DNA of 64,000 nt. Origin: Camelus dromedarius (Eukaryota). A model generated the notes under the pieces. It did no database searches. It was not told where the DNA came from and worked only from the letters and a program-made list of their open reading frames with translations. Position 1 is the first letter of the stretch, and each line of letters starts with the position of its first letter. Both the position numbers and the translations under genes were made by a program. The stretch lies in assembly GCF_036321535.1 (NCBI RefSeq), contig NC_087437.1, positions 64,978,001-65,042,000 on the forward strand, read 5' to 3'. This document shows positions 40,798 to 53,498 of the stretch, one piece after another.

Positions 40798-42626
40798 CTA
40801 TGAAACAAAAAGGCAATGGTTCAGCTGTGAGATATATTTCCCTATTTAAACCATTGGATTGCTCCACTGAAAAATTATTTAAGTCACCATGATAGGTAAT
40901 GTGAATCAATGGTCCCTACTCTTCATGAAACAGACAGTATCATACTAAAAGTGCTTGCATTCTTGATTTAGGAGTAAGAGAAACTATTCTGAATATTACT
41001 TTATTCCTCGTTCATTTAACATGGAATTGCTCAGGCATTCCTTGATTCTGGACCCAGGACCTATTCATTGTCCCACAAGTCCTAAATGAAAAGCTTAGGG
41101 TCCTGGGCAGGAGAATAATCATTCTTATTTCTAGGAACAGAATGAGAAGTTGACTCCTGGACATGAATTCATGTCCAAGCAGCTATACTCAGATGTCAGT
41201 ATCCTGTTTAGCTCCACTGTGCAGATTAACCTCTGTCCCCACCTACCCTTTTCACCATGCTGGGGGGAATCCTGGCAATATGAAGGTTTACCATTTAGAG
41301 GCTATTGGAGCTGGGCACAGAGCTCAATACAGATTCCTAAATGTAAGCTGACAGATCACTCTGAACTTGGGGAGAGAGTTCTTACATCTTGTTAAATTAA
41401 ATGTCCATTTTTTCTACGAAAGAGAGATTCTATAACATTTTCTTGCTAATCCTATTGGGCAATAAAAGGACTAAACTATTTCATGCACTGTATCAGTCAG
41501 AGTATAAGGAATATCATGTTTTATTTCAAATCCCTACCCCTTATGACAGCCCAACTAACATGTCAGGGAGATGGAGATATCCATATTTGGTTCAATAAAA
41601 TTTTATCATGAGATTTTTATTGCCTCTTCTTATTCATAACATGTATAGACATCTTTGTGAGCAACTTTAAATTCTGTGGGACCAGATGATATAGAACTAA
41701 GTAAATAATGTACTCATTCTTTTATCCAATGGATATACATAAACATCCCTCCTAAATATTAATACACATTAATGTATGGTTGAAAACTTGCTTGAAAGAT
41801 ACAATGAATTAGGCTTCTTACCTTCCCAGCTCTCAGCTTGAGAATTATGCAACCTGGAATTTAGTTGACATACTTTGACTAGCTATGTAACACCGTCACT
41901 GGCTGTGTTAACATACTGAACCTGGCCATGTCAACATACTGACCCTGGCCATGTCACTATACCTGTCTTTATACTTCAGTTCTATTATTTCAAAGAAACA
42001 ACCACCTCTAGAATACTACCACCTCTTTGCGGAAAGTAAGAACTCAGTAAATATTGGCTAGTTTTACTATATCCTCTCCACTTACAGGATTTTGATATGA
42101 GGATATGAGACAATGAATTTGATAGTGCTTTAACAAGTGTATAAAGTAAAATATTATTATTACTTCTTCATTTCTCTGTCCTTTGTCCCACTGTAAACTG
42201 GAACATACAGTAATAGAGACTAGATCTATTCTAAAACTTCTCTTGGTGTCCAGCATAGACTCTGCGCACCGGCGGAAGTTTTTAAGTTGGTAAAGAAAGA
42301 ACAGTCACACACAGTTCTCCAGAAAGGAGTGCCTGCCAAGTTTCCCTGGACATTCAAGTAGCTTTTATTTCCACCCCAGAGAAACTCAGAATTTACAATG
42401 AAATACAGCAGAATCCTGGATACCAACTGAAGAACTCTGACGACCTCTTCCTGCTGCTTCCTCTCCTAAACAAAGGTTTAGGTTTAGTTTACAGGTTAAT
42501 TCTAACTCCAAGCGAGAATAGCTTCTAATACTCTAATACAGCTCAGCCTGAGCTCCAGAGGCCAAGGAAGAGACCAAAAGAGCAAGTCTGTTCCTGTCAG
42601 AGGCAGAACTGAATCTGGGAACTCAC

Positions 42627-42731
42627 CGGAGATGGCTTCTTTGGAAAGCTGGGGGGTCGAGGTTGTACCTCTTCAGTGGAGACAGGTGAAAAAAGAGTTT
42701 CCTTGGACTCATTTTTCTGGAAGGGATTCAT
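42627..42731 (-). CDS. SLC15A2: SLC15A2 exon 1 (MNPFQKNESKETLFSPVSTEEVQPRPPSFPKKPSP)
   Basis: ATG in GCCATGA context at 42731; donor GTGAGT. Confidence 0.96.
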
Positions 42732-44676
42732 GGCTAGCTCCTTACTCTCTCTCTCTTCAAGCATTTGGCTTCGGTAGGCAGTTGGGACAGCTGCCAGCCT
42801 ACAGTGAAAAGGGGGACTTGGGAGGGGAAGAGGGGGTGGCTTCAGCAACTAGGTTTAACCCTGTGGGTGTCAGGCTTCAGCAGCTGCCTGGCCCAGAGAA
42901 AAGCAAACAGCTACAGAAAAACAAAGGGTTGGGCCTCAGAGAGTGGGTCAAAAGAATGATTATGTAAAAGGTAGAGCATGGGGAAGTGAGAACACATCAT
43001 GAGATAAAGCTGGGGAATTGCAAGTGAATGAAAATTAGTTAAGACTACAATGCCTGGAGCACAGCCTAGAGCACAGATTTAAAAATAAATTTCAAAGTAA
43101 CAATAGCTGCCATTTATTGCACACCCTATTATAGGCAAGGTTAATACATATATATCTATATGTTCTAATTCTTACTACTATTCCCATTTTACAGAAACTA
43201 ATGTCCCAAGAAGTTACATAATCTGTCCAAAGTCATGTGGCTATTAAGTGGCAGATCTGGAATTTTTACTGTGCCTTGACAGAGAGATTAGTATCAGTAA
43301 TGCCTGTGGTCATTACTCAGGAATGAAGACTATGGGAATGGAAACACAGGAATATGGGGAAACTGAGATGCACTGAAGAGGAAAAGTCATCTTCAAATTG
43401 AATTTGCAGAGACAGCAACAAATTTTGGTTTTCAACATAACTCAGTTCAACTAGATATTTTATAATGTACCTATATCTATATCTCTATATATCTTATATC
43501 AATTAAAGAGGCAGAGCTCAAAGAAATGAAAGTAAACAGTTGGTGATGTACATTTGTGAATCATTCTTCTCCTTTGCTAAATTCATTCCCTGTGTTTTCA
43601 TTTTCTCACTTCAAGATGAATCCATCATTTCATTAGCAAGTAAAATTTAACTTGTGTAAAAATTATAAACCAGTTATTTTCTAGGTACTAATATAAACAT
43701 CATTTTCCTTAATTTTCAGTGAATGAACTCCCAAATGGCTCCAGAATATAATATTTAGTTCTTATCAGAGGAGGAACAAGAACAAACATGGCAGTGACAG
43801 ATGCATTTTATACAGTATTATTTTTGCTAAGTCAAAGAGGTAAAAGAAGAGTAAGTGGCTTGTCTAGCTGTCAGTCAAAAGAAAAAGGAAAATAATGGCT
43901 AGAGAGTGATAAGAAAAATGAGAACTAAACCAACAAGGAAGCCAGAAACAGGAGAATGAATTATTTTATTTAAGAACACAAGAGAGAGAGAGAGAAACTG
44001 TGACTATCTCTCATACTATTTTAACATTACCTGTTTGAGCAATTTATTGACAAAAAGACAGTGATAAACTCTACCCTTTTCTCCCTAAACTCTATCTCAG
44101 ACTTTGACCATGTTTTCTCAGCTTCTATTACACTCCTCGTCCCGCTTCTATCCCACCAACCTTTACCCAAAGAAGAGTCCTGCTTCATTTCTGACTGAGA
44201 CATTAATGATTAAGCTGTAGTTATTCTTTCAGAAAGCACTGCCCTTTCTGACATAGTTTGGTCAAAAACAAATGAACAGTCAGAAGTTACTAGTCAAGTT
44301 AACCACTAGAGGCACAGATGCCTTTAAAATCTAATTATATCAGTGGCTCCCCCTGCTCTGGCCTCGTACCTCTAGAATTTGATCTGGCAGAGCAGATGGA
44401 ATAGCACATGTATGCAAGGCACCAATTCATTTGCACTCATAGGTGCCCTGAATACCAAACTTTAGATAGTTGACACTAGTTCTCTGATACTCCTTTGTTT
44501 AGATAAAATTCTTCTTGGGTTATGGCAATACAATGCTAACATTCATAGAATCAAATAATGTCAGAGAGGGAAGGAATCTTAATCTTGTCCTATGGAAACT
44601 AAGCTTCCCTGATGATAGAAATCATTTAGGGATATATATATGTATATTTATATTTATATAAATTTACAGAGCAAAT

Positions 44677-44702
44677 CACACACACACACACACACACACA
44701 CA
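44677..44702. repeat. (CA)n microsatellite inside a MER5-like element
   Basis: About 13 CA units seen directly. Confidence 0.9.
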
Positions 44703-45174
44703 AACTTATAGGCCTTTCCTTTGAAAAATCTTATTCAATAGATCTAAATAGGGATCTAAGAATTTGTATTTTTAATAAGCATCTCCAGTAATTCTTACAA
44801 CATGGGTTTGGTGAACACTGGTTTGAAATCCCTCTGCTAGTCTAGTCTGAAGAATATTGCATAAGAGTTCAGAGGGACCAAGAAAGGACTAGAACCCCAG
44901 GCTCCAAGACCTATTCTAGAGCCGTCCTATCTTATCAAGGTGGCTCTTACACACCATTAGTTTTGCCAAGTTGAATCAGATAGCGGATAAAAGGCAAAAG
45001 GCCAAAGAGAAAAGCAAGTCTTGAAGAGAGTATAAACTCTTCAGAGACAAAAAATATAAGAAAAGTAGAAGAACCTAAAGTATCAGTGAGAAAAGTAAAA
45101 AATATTTGTGACGTCAATGATTATGATAGTCTACAGTTGTGTACAAAAAGGAGACTGCGGCTCTAAAATGATAG

Positions 45175-45668
45175 TGTTGGCTGAAATAAAATGCACAACC
45201 TAAAAGTTGAGAGTTATGTTTTATTCTGTGGATATTTCTGAGGACTCAGCCCAGAATGACAGCCTCTCAGATCGCTCTGAGGGACTACTCCAAAGAAGTA
45301 GGGAGGAGCCAGGATATAAAGGAGTTTTACAACAGAGACCAGGTAGTCAGAACATTAAAAGATTACTGTCAACAAAAGAAAACCAGACATCTCAAGGTAA
45401 AGAATTTAGTGCTTTTCTGTGTATGGGAAGGAGCAAATGTCTGGGCTCACTGAAATCATTCCTTTGACAAGCACCTAGCTATCTAAAGCCAGTATCCTGT
45501 CCTCTTACATTCTGAGTCCCCTCAGAGGACCACTGTGGAGGGCTGCAGAGGCTGGGCTGCCTGCTTGTCTGCACCCTGAGCTGACTGTGGGGGGTGGTGG
45601 CAGCTTGATGACATGGTGGAGTCAGCATTTTGTTTACTGATGTTGCTTGCAGTATTTTTTCATTCACG
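45175..45668 (-). repeat. 3' LTR of the provirus
   Basis: About 93% identical to the 5' LTR by manual count; AATAAA (minus) at 45220-45225; U3-terminal TG mutated to CG. Confidence 0.95.
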
Positions 45669-45669
45669 G

Positions 45670-45680
45670 TTCTCCTCCTT
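45670..45680 (-). promoter_or_regulatory. Polypurine tract
   Basis: AAGGAGGAGAA just before the 3' LTR on the minus strand. Confidence 0.8.
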
Positions 45681-45929
45681 GGTCCTAAATTCGACCAGTA
45701 TTTTGGGAGACATTTCATGACCAATTTTGTCCCATGGCACTAGGAAGTCTCATTCCTAGATTAAGTGAAGATTCTGTTGACATGCCACTCAAAGTGCCAA
45801 ATTTTGGGATCAGTCCTGTTGATAACCAAAAATTCTCTGGATCATCTGTCTTACTAGTTTATTATGATCCAGTAAATGTTTTCCCCTCACTGTTCCTTCC
45901 CATACCTAGAATCACACATCACAATTATT

Positions 45930-47294
45930 CTATGCAGGGTTATAAATGTGATCTATTTGCTCAAGGTGTTTAGCCATTGTTAATCTTGCTGGAGGTCTAG
46001 TTACACATTGGGAAATCTGAGAGAAAACAATCTTATAAAATAGACAGGATGTAAGTAATACAGCTAGTAACGTTAATAAAGTCACATGTAGGGATTTAAG
46101 CCATGAGCTTCCAGAACCAAATCAGCTTCCCAAAAGATCACCAAGGCTAGGAAGTGGGTCATCTTAGGAGCAATCTGATTTTGCATGTGGGTCATTAAAT
46201 GTGTTATGTTGGAGGACTCATCTGGTATAAAAACACAGCATTCAGTTTGAATTATGGCACAGGTGCCTCCTTGAGATGCTGTAAGGATGTCAAGGGCCAT
46301 AAGATTTTGTAACACAGCTTTCCTCATCATAGAGATCTCAGAATTCAGTAAGCTAACAGCCTGACTGCTGTCATTTAAGGCCTTTTGGGTGAATTCTGTT
46401 AAGGCTCCAATATGAGAAATCACATCTTCCAGTCTTACTGAAGGCACAAAAATAGCTGCTAAATGATCATACCAGTGAAATACAGATCTCTTGATCCACT
46501 GGGCTTGCCTTGATGGTTAAGTTTGATGGGGTTGTATCTAAATTATCAAGTAAGTGGCCTCTAGCCCAAGGGAATCCTAAAGTACATCTTCCTATCCACC
46601 CTGGTGGAAGCCAGGGCCAAAGTTGGACTCACAAAGCCATTGAGTTCCATTAGGTGTGACCCAGTGTATTTCTGGTCACCTGACCTAATCTGTCCCATAC
46701 CAGTCATTACCTTTAAAGGAAATGACATACTGGCATTTTTCATAAGGCACCCAGGCTAGTTTTCTACTGTTGATAGGCTGATTATCTTTAGTATGATTTA
46801 ACTCTACCCAACAGAGTGGGGCTTTTAAACTTAGGTGACCATGGCCTGGTGTTAGCCAAATAAATTCATCCCATAACTAAGGGAAGGTCCCTTCTAATAG
46901 ATAAGAGGTTAAATTTGGGGGTTGAAATTTAGCTTATTTTTCTGACTAAGCTTGAGTAAGGGAAAACTCATAATTATGGCCAGGGTCAGAATAAGTATGA
47001 AGCATGTTTGACTGGCCAAGTAAGGGGATCTCATCTAGTTCTATCAGCAGTGGCCCTGATAGAACTGTAATTTCATTCTTCTAATATAAATTTTCTAAGG
47101 GCCATCCAATCAGAGCCTTGGAGAGGAGAAACCCACCAAGGTAACCCAGAAGTACTGGATACTGGTAATTGACTACAAGCCCAGCAATTAGATTGATTTC
47201 TAAAAATTGCATAGGATCATGACCATGATAGAAAAACATTTTATTTGTGTGCAAAGGTACAAGAAATTAAGAAGAAAAGTTTATAGATAACCAT
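45930..47294 (-). pseudogene. env: ERV env remnant, gamma-type, PABL-B/HERV-R(b)-like
   Basis: SU CWAC (47175-47186) and LPWWVSPLQG; degenerate furin site WIKR (46487-46498); TM ISD LQNLMALDILTA and CX6CC (CAIIQTECC); in-frame stops at 47241-47243 and 47217-47219. Confidence 0.9.
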
Positions 47295-47399
47295 ACGGGT
47301 CAGGTCTGGCATCTTGGGATAGCTGTCTACTTCTGATGTCTTCTTCTCATCCAGGCATTGATGTTTCTTTTCTATTAGAGAGTCACTTTAAGATGAGTT

Positions 47400-50300
47400 T
47401 GAGGTCAGCAGTTCTCTATACAGATCAGTTTGGTGCAGGGGCTCTTTTCAGGTGGGAAATACAAATCCAAGAGTCAACTCCCTTTAGTTTTGCTGCTATG
47501 AGCTAGTTAAGAGAACCTGATAAGGGCCCCTCCATTTAGGTTGGAGGCAGTCCTTTAAATGATGTCTTTTCCAGTATACATAATCTCCTGGCTGCAAGTC
47601 ATGAGGTATCTGATCTTCATTTGAGGTAGATTAGCTTCAGAAACAAACTTAGAATTTCTAGCTAATAGACATTTGCAATAATGTCATATATCCCCCTTTA
47701 ATAATATAGGTTTATATAATCCTTCATCTAATCTCCCCATGATAATCTCAAAGGGAGACAAATGATGTTTTCCAAAAGGGGTGGATCTGAGGTCGAGGAG
47801 AACCAACAGAAGGGCCTTAGGCCAATGTGAGGAATAAGCATCCATAATTTTATCCAATTGGGTTTGAATTTTTCCGTTTGTCCTTTCTATTAACCCAGAA
47901 GGCTGGGGATGATAAGCACGATGGAAATGTTGCATATTGGCCAAAGCTTGCAAATTTCTTTAAAAATTTGTCCAGTAAAATCAGTTCCTCTATCACTATG
48001 TAGTTCTGAACGGACTTCCCAAATAGGAATCACTCTTTCTAAAATCAGTTTTCCTACTGATTGTGCCATGGCTCTTCTGCATGGGAATGCCTCAACGCAG
48101 TGTGAAAACATACAAATCATAACAAGAACATACTGATGACCCTGGGAGGGAGGCATTTGTACAAAATCAATCTGCCGCATTTCAAAAGGAAATGGAAAAT
48201 TGGTAATGGAAAATTTCCTTGAGAACTATGTAATGGCTTCCCTGGGTTATATTTTGGACAAGTATTGCATCTCGAATAGACCTTCCGAGCTATAGTGAGA
48301 GAAGGTTTCCAAAAATATTTGTTACCCCAAAACACCATCATATCTGGGTTCCAATGGGTTAATTCATGAACATATTGTAAAATATGGTGAGTATTGAGCT
48401 CCAAATGGAAGGATAGGCTCCCCATTTGGGCCTATCCATAGCTATTTGTTGGAATTGAATTTTCCTCCCTTCTGCATCCAGATGTCCTTTTCTTAGTTGG
48501 GTGCCATACTCTGAAATTTTAACAACATATCAGTAAGGTTACTGGGAAGCTGAAAGGGAAAGATAATGGTTAGTTGGTCATTGTTGCTTTGTAAAGCTGT
48601 TGTCCTTTTGCTTCTGCAGTGTCAGCCTTTAAGTAACCCAGCATCTTAATAATAGCAGGTGCAGTTGGCAGCAGAATTGCATCTAATAACTCTGCCACTT
48701 GTTCCCCTTTTTTGTTGGGCTGTCCTGAGGATGCTAAAAATCTCCTTTGTTTCCAAAGCCTAACAAAGAAAGTCATGTTCAACTCCAAAAGCACAGCGGT
48801 TGTTTGTGTAAATACTAGCAGATTTTCCTTTTGCCAACTTTTTAATATATATTTTTATAGTATAGTCAGTTTGACAGTCTCTTGTCAGAGCTATTAATTC
48901 AGCCTGTTGGGCAGAAGAGACATTAGGCAAGGGAGCATTTTCAAGGATGGACACTAGAGAAACAATGGCATAGCCAGCCTGGTACTTTCCATGAGGTCCT
49001 CGCAGATATGAACCAGCAATAAATAATATAAAATCAGGATTATCTATTGGGCTTTCTCGAAGATCAATCCTGGGAGATAAAAAAGATTGTCAGTTACAAC
49101 AGTACAATCATGCTTTTCATTATTGACGTCTGATTCTTCTGGGAGCAAGGTGGCTAGATTAAGTTTGTTACACCTGTGGAGAGTTACGTTTGGTGAGAGC
49201 AAGACAATCTCATGGGAAGTTAAATGGCTTGTTGAATAATGTTGTGTGTGATGAGAGTTTAGAAAGGCTTCCACAGAAAGGGGAACTTAGGGAAGGCTTC
49301 CACAAAATGGGGAACAAAGACTGAGAGGGTGGCCCATGACTATCTTCTGTGGTCTGACACAGCATAGCTGTTGCTGTGACAGCTTGGAGACGAGGGTGGA
49401 GGCCTTTGGCTACTGAGGCTTGTTGCTGGCTGTCATATCCTATTGGTTGGTAGTAACCACCGGGTTGTTGGGTTAATACTCCTAATGCAGCATCTTTGTT
49501 TTCATGTACAAAGAGAAAAAACAGGTAAATCCTAATTTGGTTGCCCCAAAGCCAAGGCCTTTGCCAGGAGGTCCTTTGGGGTCTCCATGGCTTTAGAATG
49601 TTCTGTTTTCCAGCAAAGAGGTTCAGTTTGGCCTTGTTTAAGTAAACTATATAGTGGTTGAGTCACTAAAGAAAAATTTGGAATCCAATTCTTGCAGTGA
49701 CCTGCAAGACCTAGAAATCCCCTTAGTTGTCTTTTTGTTTTAAGGTCAGGGAAAGCTAAAATGCCCTTTACTCTGTCTAGGTAAATTAAAAGCCCCTCCT
49801 GACATCACATGTCCTAAATATTTTACATTAGCTTTACAAAGTTGTAATTTTTCTTTGGACACTTTATAACCCTTAGAAGCTAACTTCTGAAGCAAGTACA
49901 GGGTGTCTTGTTGGCTATTTATCAAAGAATCTCAACATAACAGCAAATAATCTATATATTGTATCAAAACTGATTTATGAGGAAAAACTAGATAATCTAA
50001 GTCTGCTTTTAATATCTGAGAAAAATAAGTGGGGCTTTCAGTGTAGCCCTGTGGGTGGCATCACAGTCCACATATATTGTCATTCATTACAAGTGAAGGC
50101 AAAAAGATACTGGTCATCAGGATGTACAGGTACACTAAAAATACACAGAAGAGATCAAAGAAAAGAGATCACTTTTTTAGGGATATAGGACAGTAAGGTA
50201 TGGGGATTAGATACTACAGAATGACGAGGAATAATAATAGCAGGAATAATAATAGACCTCAGATCTTGTACAAATCTCCAACCTTTGCCATTAGATTTTT

Positions 50301-50974
50301 TAACTGGCAGGATGGGAGTGTTACAAGGGCTGGTGCAAGGGACAATAAGCCCTTTCTTAATGTAAGCTGATATTAAGGAGTTTATTCCCTCTATAGTCTC
50401 TTGTCTCAATGAGTACTGATGAATATTCAGCGGGGGCATATTTTGATCTATGGTAATTTTAATCGGTGATGCAGAATGTATTCTCCCTATGTCAGTAGGA
50501 TCAAATGCTCATAATTCTTCAGGTACTAAGCCTAACAATTTATCTTGTTCTACATCACCTTCATCATGGGTCACAGATACTGTATGATGAAGAAAATCTG
50601 ATTGCTCTTTTAGGTCTAAAAACATTCTCCCTTAGGAGTAAAAGAGATGTGGACTTCATAAGTTTCTAATAAATCTCTGCCTACTAGGTGAATAGGGACA
50701 CTTTCTACTAGAAAAAGTTCTCCTAAGTAAAATTCTAAAGATAATGACTTAAAAGTCTTAATATTGCATTAGAGACCCCCACCATTTGCATTGAAGTATT
50801 ACTCTGAGGGAGGGAGCCTTTGATTTTGGTAGGGTTTAAAACTGAAAACGTGGCCCCTGTATCTATTAGAGCCTTAACTGTTTCTCCCTGTATTTTCATT
50901 TCTACTTCTCCCAGAGTGTTAGAGAAGATGAAAGATCCCCAGTGTTCCCTTGGGGCAGCCCTAATTTTGTTCAA
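47400..50974 (-). pseudogene. pol: ERV pro-pol remnant (protease, RT, RNase H, integrase), many stops and frameshifts
   Basis: LIDTGA protease motif; SPCNTPILPVKK..WRFVQDLR; YIDD mutated to YIDY (49947-49958); SAQQAELIALT; integrase QIDF, LHSDRGT and AYHPQPSGLIERTN. Confidence 0.93.
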
Positions 50975-51179
50975 CTCAATATTCTGGTCTGAAATCTAGC
51001 CTGTCCTCAAAATCTTTTTTCATTTTTCTGCAGTCGTTTTTTTGGTAGCTTTTTTTTTTACAGTAAAAGCAAATGCTAGTTTCTTCTGTCAGTCATGGGG
51101 ATGGGGGTTTGTTAATCATCGACTGAACTTGCTACTTAATTGGCACAATTGGAAGTTCATAATTTTTATAGATGTATTC

Positions 51180-51748
51180 TGTTGGGCCAACTAACGTCCT
51201 TCAAAGTCCAATGACCCCCATTTCTGGGCTCTCAGATAAAGTACATTCTTAACTGGGCATGTTTCCCCTAACGAACTAATAGCCTCAGGTAATGCCTACC
51301 TTATCAGAGTCAAATCCCACTGCCCTTCAGGGACCTAAACCTCTTACTTCACCTACGGCCAATCAGAGGCTTGGGCACAAATTGATCAGGCACCTTCTGA
51401 CCCTACCTTATAAAAGACCCCAATAACCGACCCTTGGTGCTCATGCAGGCACCCCTCGCCTGTGTGGCCCGCTGTTGCCTACAGCAGCATAACTACTGAA
51501 GCTTTCCCTTGGTCTTTACCCCGACACTCACACAGACACCTCTTGTCTGTGTGGCCCACTGTGGTCTATGAGAGTGTACCCTGATAAACTCCTTTCTATT
51601 CTTATACTTAACCTCTGGTAAATTGTTTTTACTAAACTATATGTCACCATGCCACCAACTGGCCCTGTTGCGGCCCACAACATTTGGTGCACACATTTGG
51701 TGACCACACTGGCTCCCTGAATGGGCTGCCATGTTGTGTCACACAACA
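51180..51748 (+). mobile_element. Solo LTR of a different ERV family nested in gag
   Basis: TGTTG...CAACA termini; 5-bp TSD TATTC (51175-51179, 51749-51753); CCAAT at about 51359, TATAAAA at about 51409; the gag frame rejoins when it is removed. Confidence 0.88.
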
Positions 51749-52760
51749 TATTCCTTTCCTTCCTCCTAATGGTTTTGGAAATTTGGTTGGCCAGTGTGAC
51801 AAGGGCATTTGTATGTAATGCAGACCAACCTAAATTGTGTCTTTTAATTAGAGTAGCCAATTCTTCACCTATGCCTTCTAAAAAGGAAGGGTTAAGTAAA
51901 GGGTTGTTTTGGTGGTTAGAGAATGATTCAGGTGTCATACCTGAATATTGTTTATAAGTTTTCTCAAAACTCTTATAGTCATCCGGAATTGATTCATCTA
52001 GCCTTTGTTTGCATTGTTGAATCTTTGACCAATATATGGCTTTTGGTAAAAGCTCTGGGATAAGTCTAAGTAATTTATGAGCTAATTCCTTGCATTCAGC
52101 TCAAGCTTGTGGGCTATGTAAATAAAAATCTGTTAAGGGATCTTTCCACCCTGCTTTCTCTACCCATTCCTTTGTTTTACTTTTAGAAACTAATAGCTAT
52201 ATTAATTTATATATATCTGAAAACTCAGGCTCATAGGTTTGGATGGTTAGCTCAAATTCCTTAGCAAATCCTAGCGGATCTTGGCTAGGTTCGGAAAATT
52301 CCTTAGCTAAATCTCTAAATTCTGCTTGGGTCCAGGGTGTATACGTAAGCACTGAGGATGATTATCCTCTTCCCGTAATGGGTTTCTCCCTAAAGGGAGC
52401 TATGATTACCTCTGATTTTATGTCTTCCTTTTCTGGGGAAGGGGGAGGGGCAGTAGGCAGGGTTGATGGAAGAGAGAGTGGAATAGCCTCTGGATTGGGC
52501 AATTCAGATAAAAGAGATTATACAGGAGGAGCAGAGGGAGAGACAGGGTTAATGGTAGTGACTTCTTAAAATTCCAATGTTGTTTCAAGCAACCTTTTGC
52601 TGGTTTCCTGCAAAGAAGTCACTTTATCATTTCCCCTTTTAGAAGCTTCTAAATATCAATGAAAATAAGCATTCTATTCAGTCTTTCATTTTATAGCTGG
52701 CTTTTTCTAGCTACATATGCAAAAATATTAGTTTTGGAATATCAAAAGAGCCCCAATTTG

Positions 52761-53498
52761 AATGTAGCCATTATGGAAAACAGTATGGAGATTCCTCAAA
52801 AAACTAAAAATAGACTTATCATATCATCCAGCAATCCCACTCCTGGGCATATATCTGGAGGGAACTCTAATGTGAAAAGGTAAATGTACCCCAATGTTCA
52901 CAGCAGTACTGTGTACAATAACCAAGACATGGAAACAACCTAAATGTCCACTGACAGATGACTGGATAAAGAAGTAGTGGTATAAAAAATGTTAAAAAAA
53001 AAAAAAAAAAGAAGTTGTGGTATATTTATACAATGGAATACTACTCAGCCATAAAGAAATAAAATAATGCCATTGGCAGCAACATGGATGGATCTGGAGA
53101 ATGTCATTCTAAGTGAAGTAAGTCAGATAGAGAAAGAAAAATACCATAGGATATCACTCATATGTGGAATCAAAAAAAAAAAAAAAAAAAAGAAAGGAAA
53201 AAGAGGACACTGATAAACTCATCTACAAAAGAAACAGACTCGCAGACATAATAAACAATCTTATGGTTACTGGAGAAAGGGGGTGAGAAGGGATAAATTT
53301 TGGAGTTTGAGATTTGCTCATGTTAACCACTATACATAAAAATAGATTAAAAAATTTCTCCTGTATAACACAGGGAACTATGTTCAATATCTTACAATGA
53401 TCTTTAATGAAAATGAATATATGTATGACAGGGATATTATGTTGCACACCAGAAATTGACACATTGTAACTGACTATACTTCAATTGAAAAAAATAAA
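52761..53498 (+). mobile_element. 5'-truncated L1 (ORF2 end + 3' UTR) nested in gag
   Basis: Similar to the L1 at 62375-63560; TSD AGCCCCAATTTG at 52749-52760 and 53499-53510; A-rich tail. Confidence 0.92.

Larger units (their letters stand above)
13400..42731 (-). other. SLC15A2: SLC15A2 gene (PEPT2, proton-coupled oligopeptide transporter), 22 coding exons, 729 aa, intact
   Basis: Exon lengths 105,88,142,93,100,91,78,83,87,90,45,33,89,82,135,165,47,111,97,147,105,177 sum to 2190 nt with consistent phases and GT-AG introns. The protein has the EFCERF (ExxER) motif, His87, GTGGIKP, FYLSINAGS and a C-terminal PDZ motif TKL. Confidence 0.98.

Noticed and set aside
46082..46447. env TM ORF as a domesticated syncytin-like gene
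   Set aside because: SU has in-frame stops right after the signal peptide, the furin site is mutated (WIKR), the ISD Arg is lost, and a frameshift precedes the membrane anchor
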